Shown: in pieces, positions 10,023-17,933 of the stretch
Position numbering within the stretch: position 1 is the stretch's first letter
Layout: the number at the start of each line of letters is the position of its first letter
Sequence record: NC_073038.1
DNA length: 57,599 bases
Source: Pseudomonas phage AAT-1
Reading direction: 5' to 3' (one strand)
The notes under the pieces: generated by a model
Databases searched by the model: none
What the model was told of the DNA's origin: nothing
What the model saw: only the letters and a program-made list of their open reading frames with translations
Made by a program: the position numbers and the translations under genes

Positions 10023-10321
10023 TGAGGGACAGGCTCCATGACCGGGTGCTGCGCCTAGTCTCCGCCGTCAGGGAGTCGAGGTCTGACTCCGTCCAGGCGT
10101 ACACGCAGGGTGGATGCTACCAGTTCTTCCTGGTCCTGCGCGCTGCCTTTCCTGGCGCCGTTCCATACTACGACGGCGTGCAGGGGCACGTGCTGACCAG
10201 AATCGGAGGCCGGCTGTACGACGTGACCGGCGAGGTCCGCTGCCCGCAGGCCTACCCGCTCTCCCGCGAGCCGCGCATAGCGAGGCAGGCACATCGCTGG
10301 CAATACCGCAGCCACGCTTGA
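10019..10321 (+). CDS. Hypothetical protein
   Basis: 100 aa, ATGA-coupled to the upstream ORF. Confidence 0.4.
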   Translation: MMRDRLHDRVLRLVSAVRESRSDSVQAYTQGGCYQFFLVLRAAFPGAVPYYDGVQGHVLTRIGGRLYDVTGEVRCPQAYPLSREPRIARQAHRWQYRSHA

Positions 10322-10424
10322 ATGCTGGCTCACGATGCGCCGGCGCCCACGGTAAGGTGCCGGCAGTATGTCAACCCGGGCGCGATGCCCAACAATCGCG
10401 CGTGATGCGCAGAAGGAGAGAATA

Positions 10425-11201
10425 ATGGACTTCGAGTTCCTGAAGAACCCCACCGTGGACAGCCTGGACAATGTGCCCGAGCAATTCCGCGGCCTGTACG
10501 CCGAGGGCGAGGGCGGTTACGTCCTGAACGACGGCTTCAAGGGTGTTGCCACCGCGGTGGACGGCCTGAACAAGTCCCTCAAGGCCGCGCGCCGTGATGC
10601 GGACGAGGCCAAGCGCAACCGCCCCGACGTGTCGGGCTTCGCCGCGGTCGGCCAGCTGCTCGGCATCGAGGGCGACGACGCCACGAACGCAGACGCCCTG
10701 CGTACGGCCGTCGAGAAGGTCATCTCCGAGTCCAAGGACGGCAAGGTCAACTGGGACAAGATGAAGAAGGACCTCGAGCGGGGATTCCAGGCCCAGCTGC
10801 AGACCAAGGACGGCGAGCTGCAGACCATGAACAAGACCCTGCAGAAGTACCTGGTGACCACGGCCGCCGTGCAGGCGATCGCCGGCCACAAGGGCGTGCC
10901 CGAGCTGCTGCTCCCGCATATCCAGGCCAAGACCAAGGTCATCAAGGAGGGCGAGGAGTACGTCGTCCGCGTGGTCGACGAGAGCGGCGACCCGCGCGGC
11001 AACGCCTCCGGCGGCTTCATGACCGTTGAGGACCTGGTCAAGGAGATGAAGGCCAGCCCGACCTTCGGCCGCGCCTTCGAGAGCGAGGCACCTGCCGGCT
11101 CGGGCGTCAAGCCCGGCTCGACCCAGCAGAAGCCTGCCCAGAAGGGCCGCGAGCTGTCGCCGACCGAGAAGATCGCCGCGGGCCTCGCGAAGCGTCGCTG
11201 A
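10425..11201 (+). CDS. Capsid scaffolding protein (putative)
   Basis: Starts MDFEFLKNP after a GAAGGAGAG SD (the ORF-track start at 10368 lacks an SD). Helical, charged composition. Sits between the head-morphogenesis and capsid genes. Confidence 0.55.
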   Translation: MDFEFLKNPTVDSLDNVPEQFRGLYAEGEGGYVLNDGFKGVATAVDGLNKSLKAARRDADEAKRNRPDVSGFAAVGQLLGIEGDDATNADALRTAVEKVISESKDGKVNWDKMKKDLERGFQAQLQTKDGELQTMNKTLQKYLVTTAAVQAIAGHKGVPELLLPHIQAKTKVIKEGEEYVVRVVDESGDPRGNASGGFMTVEDLVKEMKASPTFGRAFESEAPAGSGVKPGSTQQKPAQKGRELSPTEKIAAGLAKRR

Positions 11202-11276
11202 CCGTCAAGCCCCCACTGATTGCGGGAAACAGTCGTGGGGCAACCCTCCACCGTCCTGGCGGAGGACCTACAAGAA

Positions 11277-11303
11277 GGGGAGCCAACCGGCTCCCCTTTT
11301 CTC
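11277..11303. terminator. Bidirectional intrinsic terminator between scaffold (+) and NADAR (-) genes
   Basis: ggggagcc-aacc-ggctcccc followed by ttttctc on +. The hairpin also sits directly 3' of the minus-strand gene. Confidence 0.6.
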
Positions 11304-11811
11304 ATTCCGCGTGCGGGCAGGTCGAGCACGACATGGGCAGCATCTGCTCTCGCAGGTCAGTCAGCACCTGCCCAAGCCAGTTACGCCCGCGCCAGCGTTC
11401 ACGGTTGTGCACGCGCGGGTCGTCCTCCGCCAGGCCGACTCCCCAGATGACGTCGGTCGGGCTGGCCTCGACGAGCACGGTGCCTTCGGTGAGCAGCAGC
11501 TTGGCACGTAGCTTCGGGTCGCTCGAGAACTTCGCGAGGCTGGCCCGCATCACGACATCGCGCGCCACGGTCTCCCAGGTCCGGACGTCGAACCCGCGCA
11601 CCAGCTTGCCAAGGCGCTTCTGCTGCGCCGGGTCGTCCGTCGACATGATGGCCCTCAGGGCAGCGTCGTCCCCGAACAGCCGGGCCTTCTGAGCCATCAT
11701 GTACTGCTCGGCGCAGGAGTAGGTCACGCCGTCTACTACCATCGGGGACGGGTACCACTGGCTAAACACGCCGCCGTAGAACGGCGTGAACTTTTCACTA
11801 TTGTTGGGCAT
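11302..11811 (-). CDS. NADAR (YbiA-like, DUF1768) domain protein
   Basis: 169 aa. SCAEQYMMAQKARLFGD plus ...DVIWGVG... match the YbiA/NADAR fold signature. Confidence 0.75.
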   Translation of the reverse strand: MPNNSEKFTPFYGGVFSQWYPSPMVVDGVTYSCAEQYMMAQKARLFGDDAALRAIMSTDDPAQQKRLGKLVRGFDVRTWETVARDVVMRASLAKFSSDPKLRAKLLLTEGTVLVEASPTDVIWGVGLAEDDPRVHNRERWRGRNWLGQVLTDLREQMLPMSCSTCPHAE

Positions 11812-11867
11812 CTAAGTCCCCTCCAGGTTGTGGCGGCCTGGCCGACCGCCGATCTACAGTTTAACGC

Positions 11868-12740
11868 TCACAGACGGCGCGACGTAGCCGGTGCAGGCTG
11901 CACCTCGTGCACCGACACTGCCTGCAGGACGAAGAACTTCTCTCCGCGGCTTACTCCCGCAAGACGCTGAGCCTCGCGCTCGGCGTCACGGCACGAGGAC
12001 TGGACGGTGACCGGCGGCTTCTTGAGCTGGGGCTTGCCGTGTGGGCCACCCTTCATGCAGTCACCTGAGGCCACGAGGAAGAAGCGCTGGTCATCCAGTG
12101 TGCTGGTGTTGCGCTCACCGGCCCAGGACGTGCTCGCCGACCCGCCCGACGTCGAGGTCTTACCCAGCACGGCCTCCACAAGAGCGCGCCCGTCGTCAGT
12201 GAGGTCAGGCTGCCGGCCACCGTGGCCGACCGTGGCGAGGCCCTCCGCCACCAGGTGGGCGAGGTCGGGGCCCGACGTGCCGACCCTCAGCTCGTTCTCG
12301 TAGGTCCCGCGGTAGAGCGCGAGCAGGGCCATCATGCGGTTGGCGGTCATCTTCATGGTCTTCTCCTTGGTTGGTTCGCGGAAGTCGTCTGCTGGGTTAT
12401 TGAGCCCGAGGTGCGACAGCCGCATCTCGATGGCGATGTGGGTGCGGCCGTGTCGCTCGGCAAGCTCGGCCACTGGCATCCCGTGGCGACAGTATGCCTC
12501 CTTAAGGTCCCAATCCTCCTGCTGATTCCAGCGGGCCCCATTACGTGGGGCGGTGGAAGTGGGCGTGCCACCAGAGGTAGACCAACCCAGAAGCGGGGTC
12601 GCCGACGGCTTCGCACTCAGCGAAGGCGGCGTCCTCGGCTCTGGTCCTGAGGCAACCGGGTCTCCCGTGGTACGGGCGAAGAGCGACTCGTCAAAGTCGT
12701 ACTCGTCACCTATCCCGTTTACTAAATCCCAATCGGGCAT
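11868..12740 (-). CDS. Hypothetical protein with Myb/SANT-like HTH region
   Basis: 290 aa. WNQQEDWDLKEAY...GMPVAELAERHGRTHIAIEMRLSHLGL resembles a SANT/Myb-type helix-turn-helix. The rest is unassigned. Confidence 0.4.
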   Translation of the reverse strand: MPDWDLVNGIGDEYDFDESLFARTTGDPVASGPEPRTPPSLSAKPSATPLLGWSTSGGTPTSTAPRNGARWNQQEDWDLKEAYCRHGMPVAELAERHGRTHIAIEMRLSHLGLNNPADDFREPTKEKTMKMTANRMMALLALYRGTYENELRVGTSGPDLAHLVAEGLATVGHGGRQPDLTDDGRALVEAVLGKTSTSGGSASTSWAGERNTSTLDDQRFFLVASGDCMKGGPHGKPQLKKPPVTVQSSCRDAEREAQRLAGVSRGEKFFVLQAVSVHEVQPAPATSRRL

Positions 12741-12753
12741 ATCGACTCTCCTA

Positions 12754-13299
12754 TCAGATAGTTGTCAGGGCCATCCACTCGGGCTGATCGCCCAGGCGGT
12801 ACTCGGCGATCGCGGACTTCTCCACGCGGTAGTAGGCGCGGTAGGCGGCCACCGGATCGGCTTGGCGGTACTGCTCGGGCATCGCGAGGGCGAACGGCGT
12901 CATGGCGTCGGGCCGATCGGCGCAAGCTTTGACGAGCGCACGGGGCGGGTTGCGCAGGACGGGCAGCACGTCCCATGTCTTGTGGCGCTTCTTGGCGCAG
13001 TCGCCGTAGCGGCGCTGGTACTCGTGCAGGAGGGCTTCGAGCAACGAGCAAGTCCAGCGGTAATTGCCGACGGCCTCGCGCACCCACACGGCGCACGGGT
13101 GGTTGGCGTGGGTGGGGTGGTACACGCGCTGGCCTCGCACCTCGAAGCAGTTGCGGGCCTCAGAGTATACGGCCTCACCAAAGTGGGCGTGGGCCGTGCT
13201 GAGCAGCTGGGCCGTCTCGAGCACCATCTTGACGACGTGCTTGTCGCAATGGGCTCGGGCGGCCAGCCGCGGGTTGCGGTCTAGCACGAACAGGTTCAT
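12754..13299 (-). CDS. Hypothetical protein (conserved His/Cys: AHCDKH, HPCAVW)
   Basis: 181 aa with protein-like composition. No confident family assignment. Confidence 0.45.
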   Translation of the reverse strand: MNLFVLDRNPRLAARAHCDKHVVKMVLETAQLLSTAHAHFGEAVYSEARNCFEVRGQRVYHPTHANHPCAVWVREAVGNYRWTCSLLEALLHEYQRRYGDCAKKRHKTWDVLPVLRNPPRALVKACADRPDAMTPFALAMPEQYRQADPVAAYRAYYRVEKSAIAEYRLGDQPEWMALTTI

Positions 13300-13361
13300 C
13301 TTGTTCTCCTAGTTTGTTGCGCCAAGGGTATGATGCGCCCAACTTGGGGCGCGCCATGCCA

Positions 13362-13658
13362 TCAATTGAGGGGCTTGGTCATCAGCTCCTTGGCCTCGTC
13401 CCACGAGGCATTCCAAAGGTCGACCCCCCAGTCGGGCATGCCGTCCTCGTCGTCCGGCAGCGCCACCACGCCGAGCGAGGCGAGGGCCTCGTCCATCGTC
13501 ATATTGGCGTCGCAGTAGTCGTGGGAGTAGCAGACTCCGGCGATGGGCTTCTCGCGTTGTAGGCGGCAGACCTCGGCGAAGTTCTCCTCGCCAATGTCCT
13601 CGCGCAGCTGCTTGATGAAGGCATGAGCCACTTGGCTCGTGGTGGGCGTGTTGGTCAT
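13362..13658 (-). CDS. Hypothetical small protein (CYSHDYCDANM motif)
   Basis: Start chosen at MTNTPTT with a GAGGAG SD. The supplied ORF extends further 5' with a non-coding-like N-terminus. Confidence 0.45.
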   Translation of the reverse strand: MTNTPTTSQVAHAFIKQLREDIGEENFAEVCRLQREKPIAGVCYSHDYCDANMTMDEALASLGVVALPDDEDGMPDWGVDLWNASWDEAKELMTKPLN

Positions 13659-13668
13659 TGCGGTCTCC

Positions 13669-13881
13669 TCAGAGGTCAAGTAGGTCGAGGCCGTCGTCAT
13701 AGGACGGCAATTCCCAATGGTCGGTGTGCTTCTTGCGGCCGTCGGCCGTGATAGCGATGAGGGTAGATTCATCGCCCAGCGTGGGGTGCTCGTAGAGGTC
13801 CACGCCGTGCACCCGGCCGATGAGGGTCGGGTTCTTGGCAAGAAAAGCCTTTGCCTTGTCGGTAGTTGGCTTGTTGGTCAT
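13669..13881 (-). CDS. Hypothetical small protein
   Basis: Start at MTNKPTT with an AAGGAG SD. Its 5' end and RBS are near-identical to those of the gene at 13658. Confidence 0.45.
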   Translation of the reverse strand: MTNKPTTDKAKAFLAKNPTLIGRVHGVDLYEHPTLGDESTLIAITADGRKKHTDHWELPSYDDGLDLLDL

Positions 13882-13891
13882 TGCGGTCTCC

Positions 13892-14119
13892 TTAGAAGGC
13901 AGTTGCCTTGATGTCGTCGGCGTAGGACTTGTAGGGCAGGTAGTGGGCACGCATCTTCGCCATCGCGCCGCGCTCGGTTGTGGCGTTGCCGATGATCTTG
14001 GCTATCTCCTCGTCAGAGTAACACTCGACGACGGCGTCCCAGCCCTTCTCGTAGTTGCGGATGGCGTGGGCCTTGATGTGCTGCACCAGCTCGGCGGTGG
14101 TCTTGGTCTCTTGTGCCAT
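13892..14119 (-). CDS. Hypothetical small protein (first gene of leftward accessory operon)
   Basis: Start at MAQETKTT with a GGAG SD. Lies directly downstream of the conserved promoter element. Confidence 0.45.
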   Translation of the reverse strand: MAQETKTTAELVQHIKAHAIRNYEKGWDAVVECYSDEEIAKIIGNATTERGAMAKMRAHYLPYKSYADDIKATAF

Positions 14120-14141
14120 GTTCGTGCTCCAGTTGTTTGCG

Positions 14142-14185
14142 TCGATGGGGTAATAATAGCGGGAAGAAGGTATCACTGGAGCCCC
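14142..14185 (-). promoter_or_regulatory. Conserved leftward promoter-like element P1 (GGGGCTCC..N..CTATTATTACCCCATCGA on minus strand)
   Basis: One of 4 copies sharing a GGGRGCTCCC box, a TATWAT -10-like hexamer and a CCCATCGA box, each 20-45 nt upstream of a minus-strand start codon. Confidence 0.5.
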
Positions 14186-14400
14186 TTGTTTAGATTATTT
14201 TTTATATTTTCTAGGGATGATTGATAATCTAAACCTATCTAAACCACCATCTAAGGCAGCAGGCAGTCTGCAGTCCTTGTCCGGCAAGGCTATCTGGACC
14301 TTCTGGACCTTCTAGGGCATCTCTCGACGCCGTGGCCGACCGTGGCCGGCTTGTCGGGTGTTCGTTTTCCTGGCGCAACACGGTCGAAAAGGCTCGTGCG
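14186..14400. promoter_or_regulatory. AT-rich regulatory region A
   Basis: About 30% GC stretch in a 65% GC genome. TCTAAACC x2 at 14221-14241 (+). ATCTGGACC x2 (inverse of GGTCCAGAT) and CTAGGGCATCT at 14290-14325. CGTGGCCGA direct repeats at 14326-14348. A roughly 40-bp block at 14351-14392 is homologous (inverted) to 54262-54300. Confidence 0.5.
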
Positions 14401-14684
14401 GCCCAAAATCAGCCTAAGGCCTTGGTGCGCAAGGCTTTTCGTGTACGAGCCTGGTTTTTACGGGGTCCAGAAGGCTCGTATAGCCACAACGTTGGCATAG
14501 GTTCATGGGGTTACGGGCCGCACGGGCTGCAGCATTATCCGCTCCATAGCGTGCGAGCGCGGACGACGTCCGAGCCCGCGCTCGCTGACCCGGCAGAGGC
14601 GTGACGCCCGGCAAGGGGTCGAATCGTCGGGCGATCCGGCACCAAACCAAGCACCACTTTCAACCTCTGTCTAGGAGAAATACC

Positions 14685-15614
14685 ATGGCTTCTGTAACCC
14701 TTGCCGAATCGGCGAAGCTGGCGCAGGACGAACTCGTCGCCGGCGTCATCGAGAACGTCATCACCGTCAACGAGATGTTCGAGCTGCTGCCCTTCGACGG
14801 CATCGATGGCAACGCTCTCGCCTACAACCGCGAGAACGCCCTGGGCGACGTCCAGATGGCTGGCGTCGGCTCGACCATCACCGCCAAGGCCGCCGCGACC
14901 TTCACGCAGGTGACCTCCACCCTGACCACCATCATCGGCGACGCCGAGGTTAACGGTCTGATCCAGGCCACTCGCTCCGGCGACGGCAACGACCAGAAGG
15001 CGGTCCAGATCGCCTCCAAGGCGAAGAGCTGCGGCCGCAAGTACCAGGACCAGATGATTAACGGCGATGGCACTGGCGCCAACATGACCGGCATGCTCGG
15101 CCTCGTTGCCGCGGGCCAGACCATCTCCGCCAATAACGGCGCCGCGAACGGCGCGGCCCTGTCCTTCGAGGACCTGGACGCGCTGATCGACCTGGTGACC
15201 GACAAGGACGGCCAGGTGGACTACCTGATGATGAACGGCCGCACCCGCCGTGCCTACCTGGCGCTGCTCCGCGCCCTGGGCGGCACCTCGCCGGGTGACA
15301 TCTACACCATGGTCTCCGGCCGTCAGGTGCCGGCCTACCGCGGCATCCCGATCTTCCGCAACGACTGGATCCCCATCAACCAGACCACCGGTACCAGCAC
15401 CAACACCACCACGGTGTTCGCCGGCACCCTGGACGACGGCTCCCGTAGCCATGGCATCGCCGGCCTGACCGCCGAGCGCATGGCTGGCATCAACATCAAG
15501 GAGGTCGGTGAGAAGGAAGACGCGGACGAGTCCATCACTCGCGTGGTGTGGTACTGCGGCCTGGCGCTCTTCAACGAGAAGGGCCTTGCCGCGCTCGAGG
15601 GCGTCACCAACTAA
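14685..15614 (+). CDS. Major capsid protein (HK97-like)
   Basis: 309 aa from the ATG after a TAGGAGAAATACC SD. Typical major-capsid composition and position, followed by a partial terminator. Confidence 0.75.
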   Translation: MASVTLAESAKLAQDELVAGVIENVITVNEMFELLPFDGIDGNALAYNRENALGDVQMAGVGSTITAKAAATFTQVTSTLTTIIGDAEVNGLIQATRSGDGNDQKAVQIASKAKSCGRKYQDQMINGDGTGANMTGMLGLVAAGQTISANNGAANGAALSFEDLDALIDLVTDKDGQVDYLMMNGRTRRAYLALLRALGGTSPGDIYTMVSGRQVPAYRGIPIFRNDWIPINQTTGTSTNTTTVFAGTLDDGSRSHGIAGLTAERMAGINIKEVGEKEDADESITRVVWYCGLALFNEKGLAALEGVTN

Positions 15615-15629
15615 CCAGCAGACCGGTGG

Positions 15630-15665
15630 CCCTCCCGCAGCTGACGCTGCGGGAGGGCTTTCTGG
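15630..15665 (+). terminator. Intrinsic terminator after capsid gene
   Basis: ccctcccgcag-ctgacg-ctgcgggaggg followed by ctttctgg. Confidence 0.55.
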
Positions 15666-15688
15666 CATAAAGTCGAAGGAGAAAAGAG

Positions 15689-16153
15689 ATGGCATCCGTC
15701 ACCCAGAAGTTCGTCCTGGTCGGCCCGCACGCTGGCAAGACCATGAACGTCAACGGACACGAGTTCGTCGACGGCGAGTACACTTTCCAGGGCAGCGCCG
15801 AGCAGGTCGCAGTGCTGGCCCGCGTCTTCAAGCGCTATGCGGCCTTGCCGGCCGAGCACGCAGAACTTGCTGAGCTCAAAGCCAAGCAGGCTGCTCCGGC
15901 TGCTCCGGCTGCTCCGGCTGCTCCGGCTGCTCCGGCTGCTCCGGCTGCTCCGGCTGCTCCGGCTGCAGGCAAGCCCACTCTTGGCGAGGCGATTGGCGCG
16001 CTTGACCCCGAGAACGACAAGCACTGGACCTCCAACAACCTACCGGCCCTCGACGTGCTTGAGGAGCTGACCGGCAAGAAGGTCGCTCGCAACGAAGTCG
16101 ACGCCGTGGCCGAGGGCTACACCCGCGCCAAGGCTCGCGCTGCTAAGCAGTAA
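15689..16153 (+). CDS. Hypothetical head-associated protein with (Ala-Ala-Pro)x8 linker
   Basis: 154 aa. N-terminal globular part, then an AAPAAP... linker, then a C-terminal domain. GAAGGAGAAAAGAG SD. Confidence 0.5.
   Translation: MASVTQKFVLVGPHAGKTMNVNGHEFVDGEYTFQGSAEQVAVLARVFKRYAALPAEHAELAELKAKQAAPAAPAAPAAPAAPAAPAAPAAPAAGKPTLGEAIGALDPENDKHWTSNNLPALDVLEELTGKKVARNEVDAVAEGYTRAKARAAKQ
15890..15961 (+). repeat. Tandem 9-bp repeat (gctgctccg x8) encoding (AAP)8
   Basis: Perfect tandem copies visible directly in the sequence. Confidence 0.9.
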
Positions 16154-16163
16154 GGAGTAGGAC

Positions 16164-16679
16164 ATGACGATCAAGGTCCAGAACGAGAACGGAACCGTCG
16201 AGGGCGCCAACTCCTACGTGGACGCGGCGGCCGTGCGTGCCTTCTGGCTGGACCGTGGCGTCGACCTCTCCGCCAAGACCGACGACGAGCTGTCGGTCGC
16301 TGCCGTGCGCGCGACCGACTACCTCGACGCGAAGTACCGCTGGACGGGCTACCAGCTCTACCGCCTGCAGGGCACGCAGTGGCCTCGCGGCGGTGTGACG
16401 TCCTTCCTGCGTGGGCTTCCCCCGGCGCTGGTCAGCGCAGCATGCATGCTAGCGCAACGGGCGCTGACCAAGCCGCTCATGCCGGACCCGACCTTCGACG
16501 CCTCCGGGCAACTGGTCACCGAAAAGACCACTGAGGTCGGGCCCATCAAGACAGGCGTCAAGTTCGCCGCGCCCACTGGCGTCAAGTCCATGACGCCGGA
16601 ATATCCCGAGGTCACCCTGATGCTGCAGGCCGCCGGCCTGATCGCGTCGGGCAACTCCGGCGAGATTGGGAGGGGCTGA
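16164..16679 (+). CDS. Head-tail connector/adaptor protein (putative)
   Basis: 171 aa, AAGGAG SD, in the position of gp6-like adaptors. Confidence 0.45.
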   Translation: MTIKVQNENGTVEGANSYVDAAAVRAFWLDRGVDLSAKTDDELSVAAVRATDYLDAKYRWTGYQLYRLQGTQWPRGGVTSFLRGLPPALVSAACMLAQRALTKPLMPDPTFDASGQLVTEKTTEVGPIKTGVKFAAPTGVKSMTPEYPEVTLMLQAAGLIASGNSGEIGRG

Positions 16680-16681
16680 GC

Positions 16682-17074
16682 ATGGCCTTCGACTACGCTG
16701 CGGTGCGCGAGGAGGCCAAGGCCATCCTGGACGAGTTCGGCGGGCAGATGACCGTCAGGCGCTACACCGACACGAGCAACGCCGTGGCCGGGACCGTCTC
16801 GCGCGTCGTCAGCCAGGAACAGACTCTGACGGCGGTCATCCTGCCGGCGTCACAAGGGACTCTCGAGGCCTTCGACGTGCGGTTCATGTCTGACCTGTTG
16901 GACAGTACCGACGTGCGGTTCACGATCATGTCCGCCAGCGGTGCGGCGTTCACACCGGCACCGAAGGACGAGGTCGAGTTCTGGGAAGACGGCAAGTGGC
17001 AAGTGATGGGATGCACTCCGCTGAACGTGAACGGGACGCCCGTCATCTTCAGCGTCGGATTGAAGAGGCCCTGA
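16682..17074 (+). CDS. Head-tail joining/head closure protein (putative)
   Basis: 130 aa, translationally coupled, in the structural module. Confidence 0.4.
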   Translation: MAFDYAAVREEAKAILDEFGGQMTVRRYTDTSNAVAGTVSRVVSQEQTLTAVILPASQGTLEAFDVRFMSDLLDSTDVRFTIMSASGAAFTPAPKDEVEFWEDGKWQVMGCTPLNVNGTPVIFSVGLKRP

Positions 17075-17075
17075 C

Positions 17076-17477
17076 ATGGCCGGCAGATTCGAGAGCCAGC
17101 TGCGCGGCTTCGGCATAAAGGCGCTGGACAAGGTTGACAAGATCAGGCGGGCCTCGGTGCTCGAGCTGTTCAAGCTAATCATCTACGCATCGCCGGTCGA
17201 CACGGGTCGGCTGCGTGGCAACTGGCAGACGACCATCAACTCGCCTGCCACGGCCCAGATCGAGCGCACAGACGCCAACGGCGGTCTGGCACTCGCGGAG
17301 GCCATGGCAAACCTGGGTGGCCTGCTAGACGTAGTATGGTTTACCAACAATCTGCCCTATGCCGAGCGCATCGAGTACGACGGCTGGAGCAGGCAGGCGC
17401 CAGAGGGCATGGTGCGTAAGCACGTGGCGCAGTGGCGCAGGATAGTTGAGGCCAAGGCGCGAGCCCTGGGCCGATAG
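17076..17477 (+). CDS. HK97 gp10-like tail completion/neck protein
   Basis: ASPVDTGRLRGNW motif characteristic of the Phage_HK97_gp10 family. Confidence 0.6.
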   Translation: MAGRFESQLRGFGIKALDKVDKIRRASVLELFKLIIYASPVDTGRLRGNWQTTINSPATAQIERTDANGGLALAEAMANLGGLLDVVWFTNNLPYAERIEYDGWSRQAPEGMVRKHVAQWRRIVEAKARALGR

Positions 17478-17492
17478 AGGAGGAGTTTGACA

Positions 17493-17915
17493 ATGGCTGT
17501 GAACCCGTATTCGGGTCTGCGAGGGGCGCTGATGCAGGGAGTCGAGGACTCCCCGCTCGGACTGCCGTACGCCGCCGAGAACTCCCCCTTCACGAAGCCG
17601 ACGGACCAGAGCCCCTGGGCGTCGGCCTTCGTGCTGATGAACCAGCCCTCTCCCGCCACGCTGGGCGCTGAGGGGCAGGATGCGCACGATGGCATCCTGC
17701 AGATCGACCTGAACTATCCGCTGATGACCGGCGAGGCGGCCGTGACGGCCAAGGCGGACGAGCTGTCAGACTTCTTCAAGGCGGGCAAGCGACTTGCCCA
17801 CTCCGGGGTCGAGCTCACGGTCACCTCGTGCGGCCGCTCACGCGGGCGCGAGGTGGATGGATGGTATCGCGTGAGCATGACAGTCACCTGGGAAGCCCGG
17901 GTGCCCCGAAACTAA
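17493..17915 (+). CDS. Tail terminator-like protein (putative)
   Basis: ATG at 17493 after a GAGGAGGAG SD (the track's TTG at 17487 is less likely). Lies just upstream of the major tail gene. Confidence 0.4.
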   Translation: MAVNPYSGLRGALMQGVEDSPLGLPYAAENSPFTKPTDQSPWASAFVLMNQPSPATLGAEGQDAHDGILQIDLNYPLMTGEAAVTAKADELSDFFKAGKRLAHSGVELTVTSCGRSRGREVDGWYRVSMTVTWEARVPRN

Positions 17916-17933
17916 CCTCTTAGGAGAACGACC

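Noticed and set aside
12754-13299. Possible pyrimidine-dimer glycosylase (T4 endoV-like) or DarT-like assignment for the 181-aa His/Cys protein
   Set aside because: Only vague N-terminal resemblance (MNLFVLD...). Key DenV motifs and the DarT NAD-binding motifs are not present, so it is left as hypothetical.
14332-14604. 90-aa ORF upstream of the capsid gene
   Set aside because: Lies in the motif-rich regulatory region, has no SD and poor composition. More likely 5' UTR or regulatory DNA.
14535-15695. 386-aa minus-strand ORF across the major capsid gene
   Set aside because: Low-complexity G/A/D/V-rich antisense artefact. The plus-strand capsid ORF has SD, start and protein-like composition.
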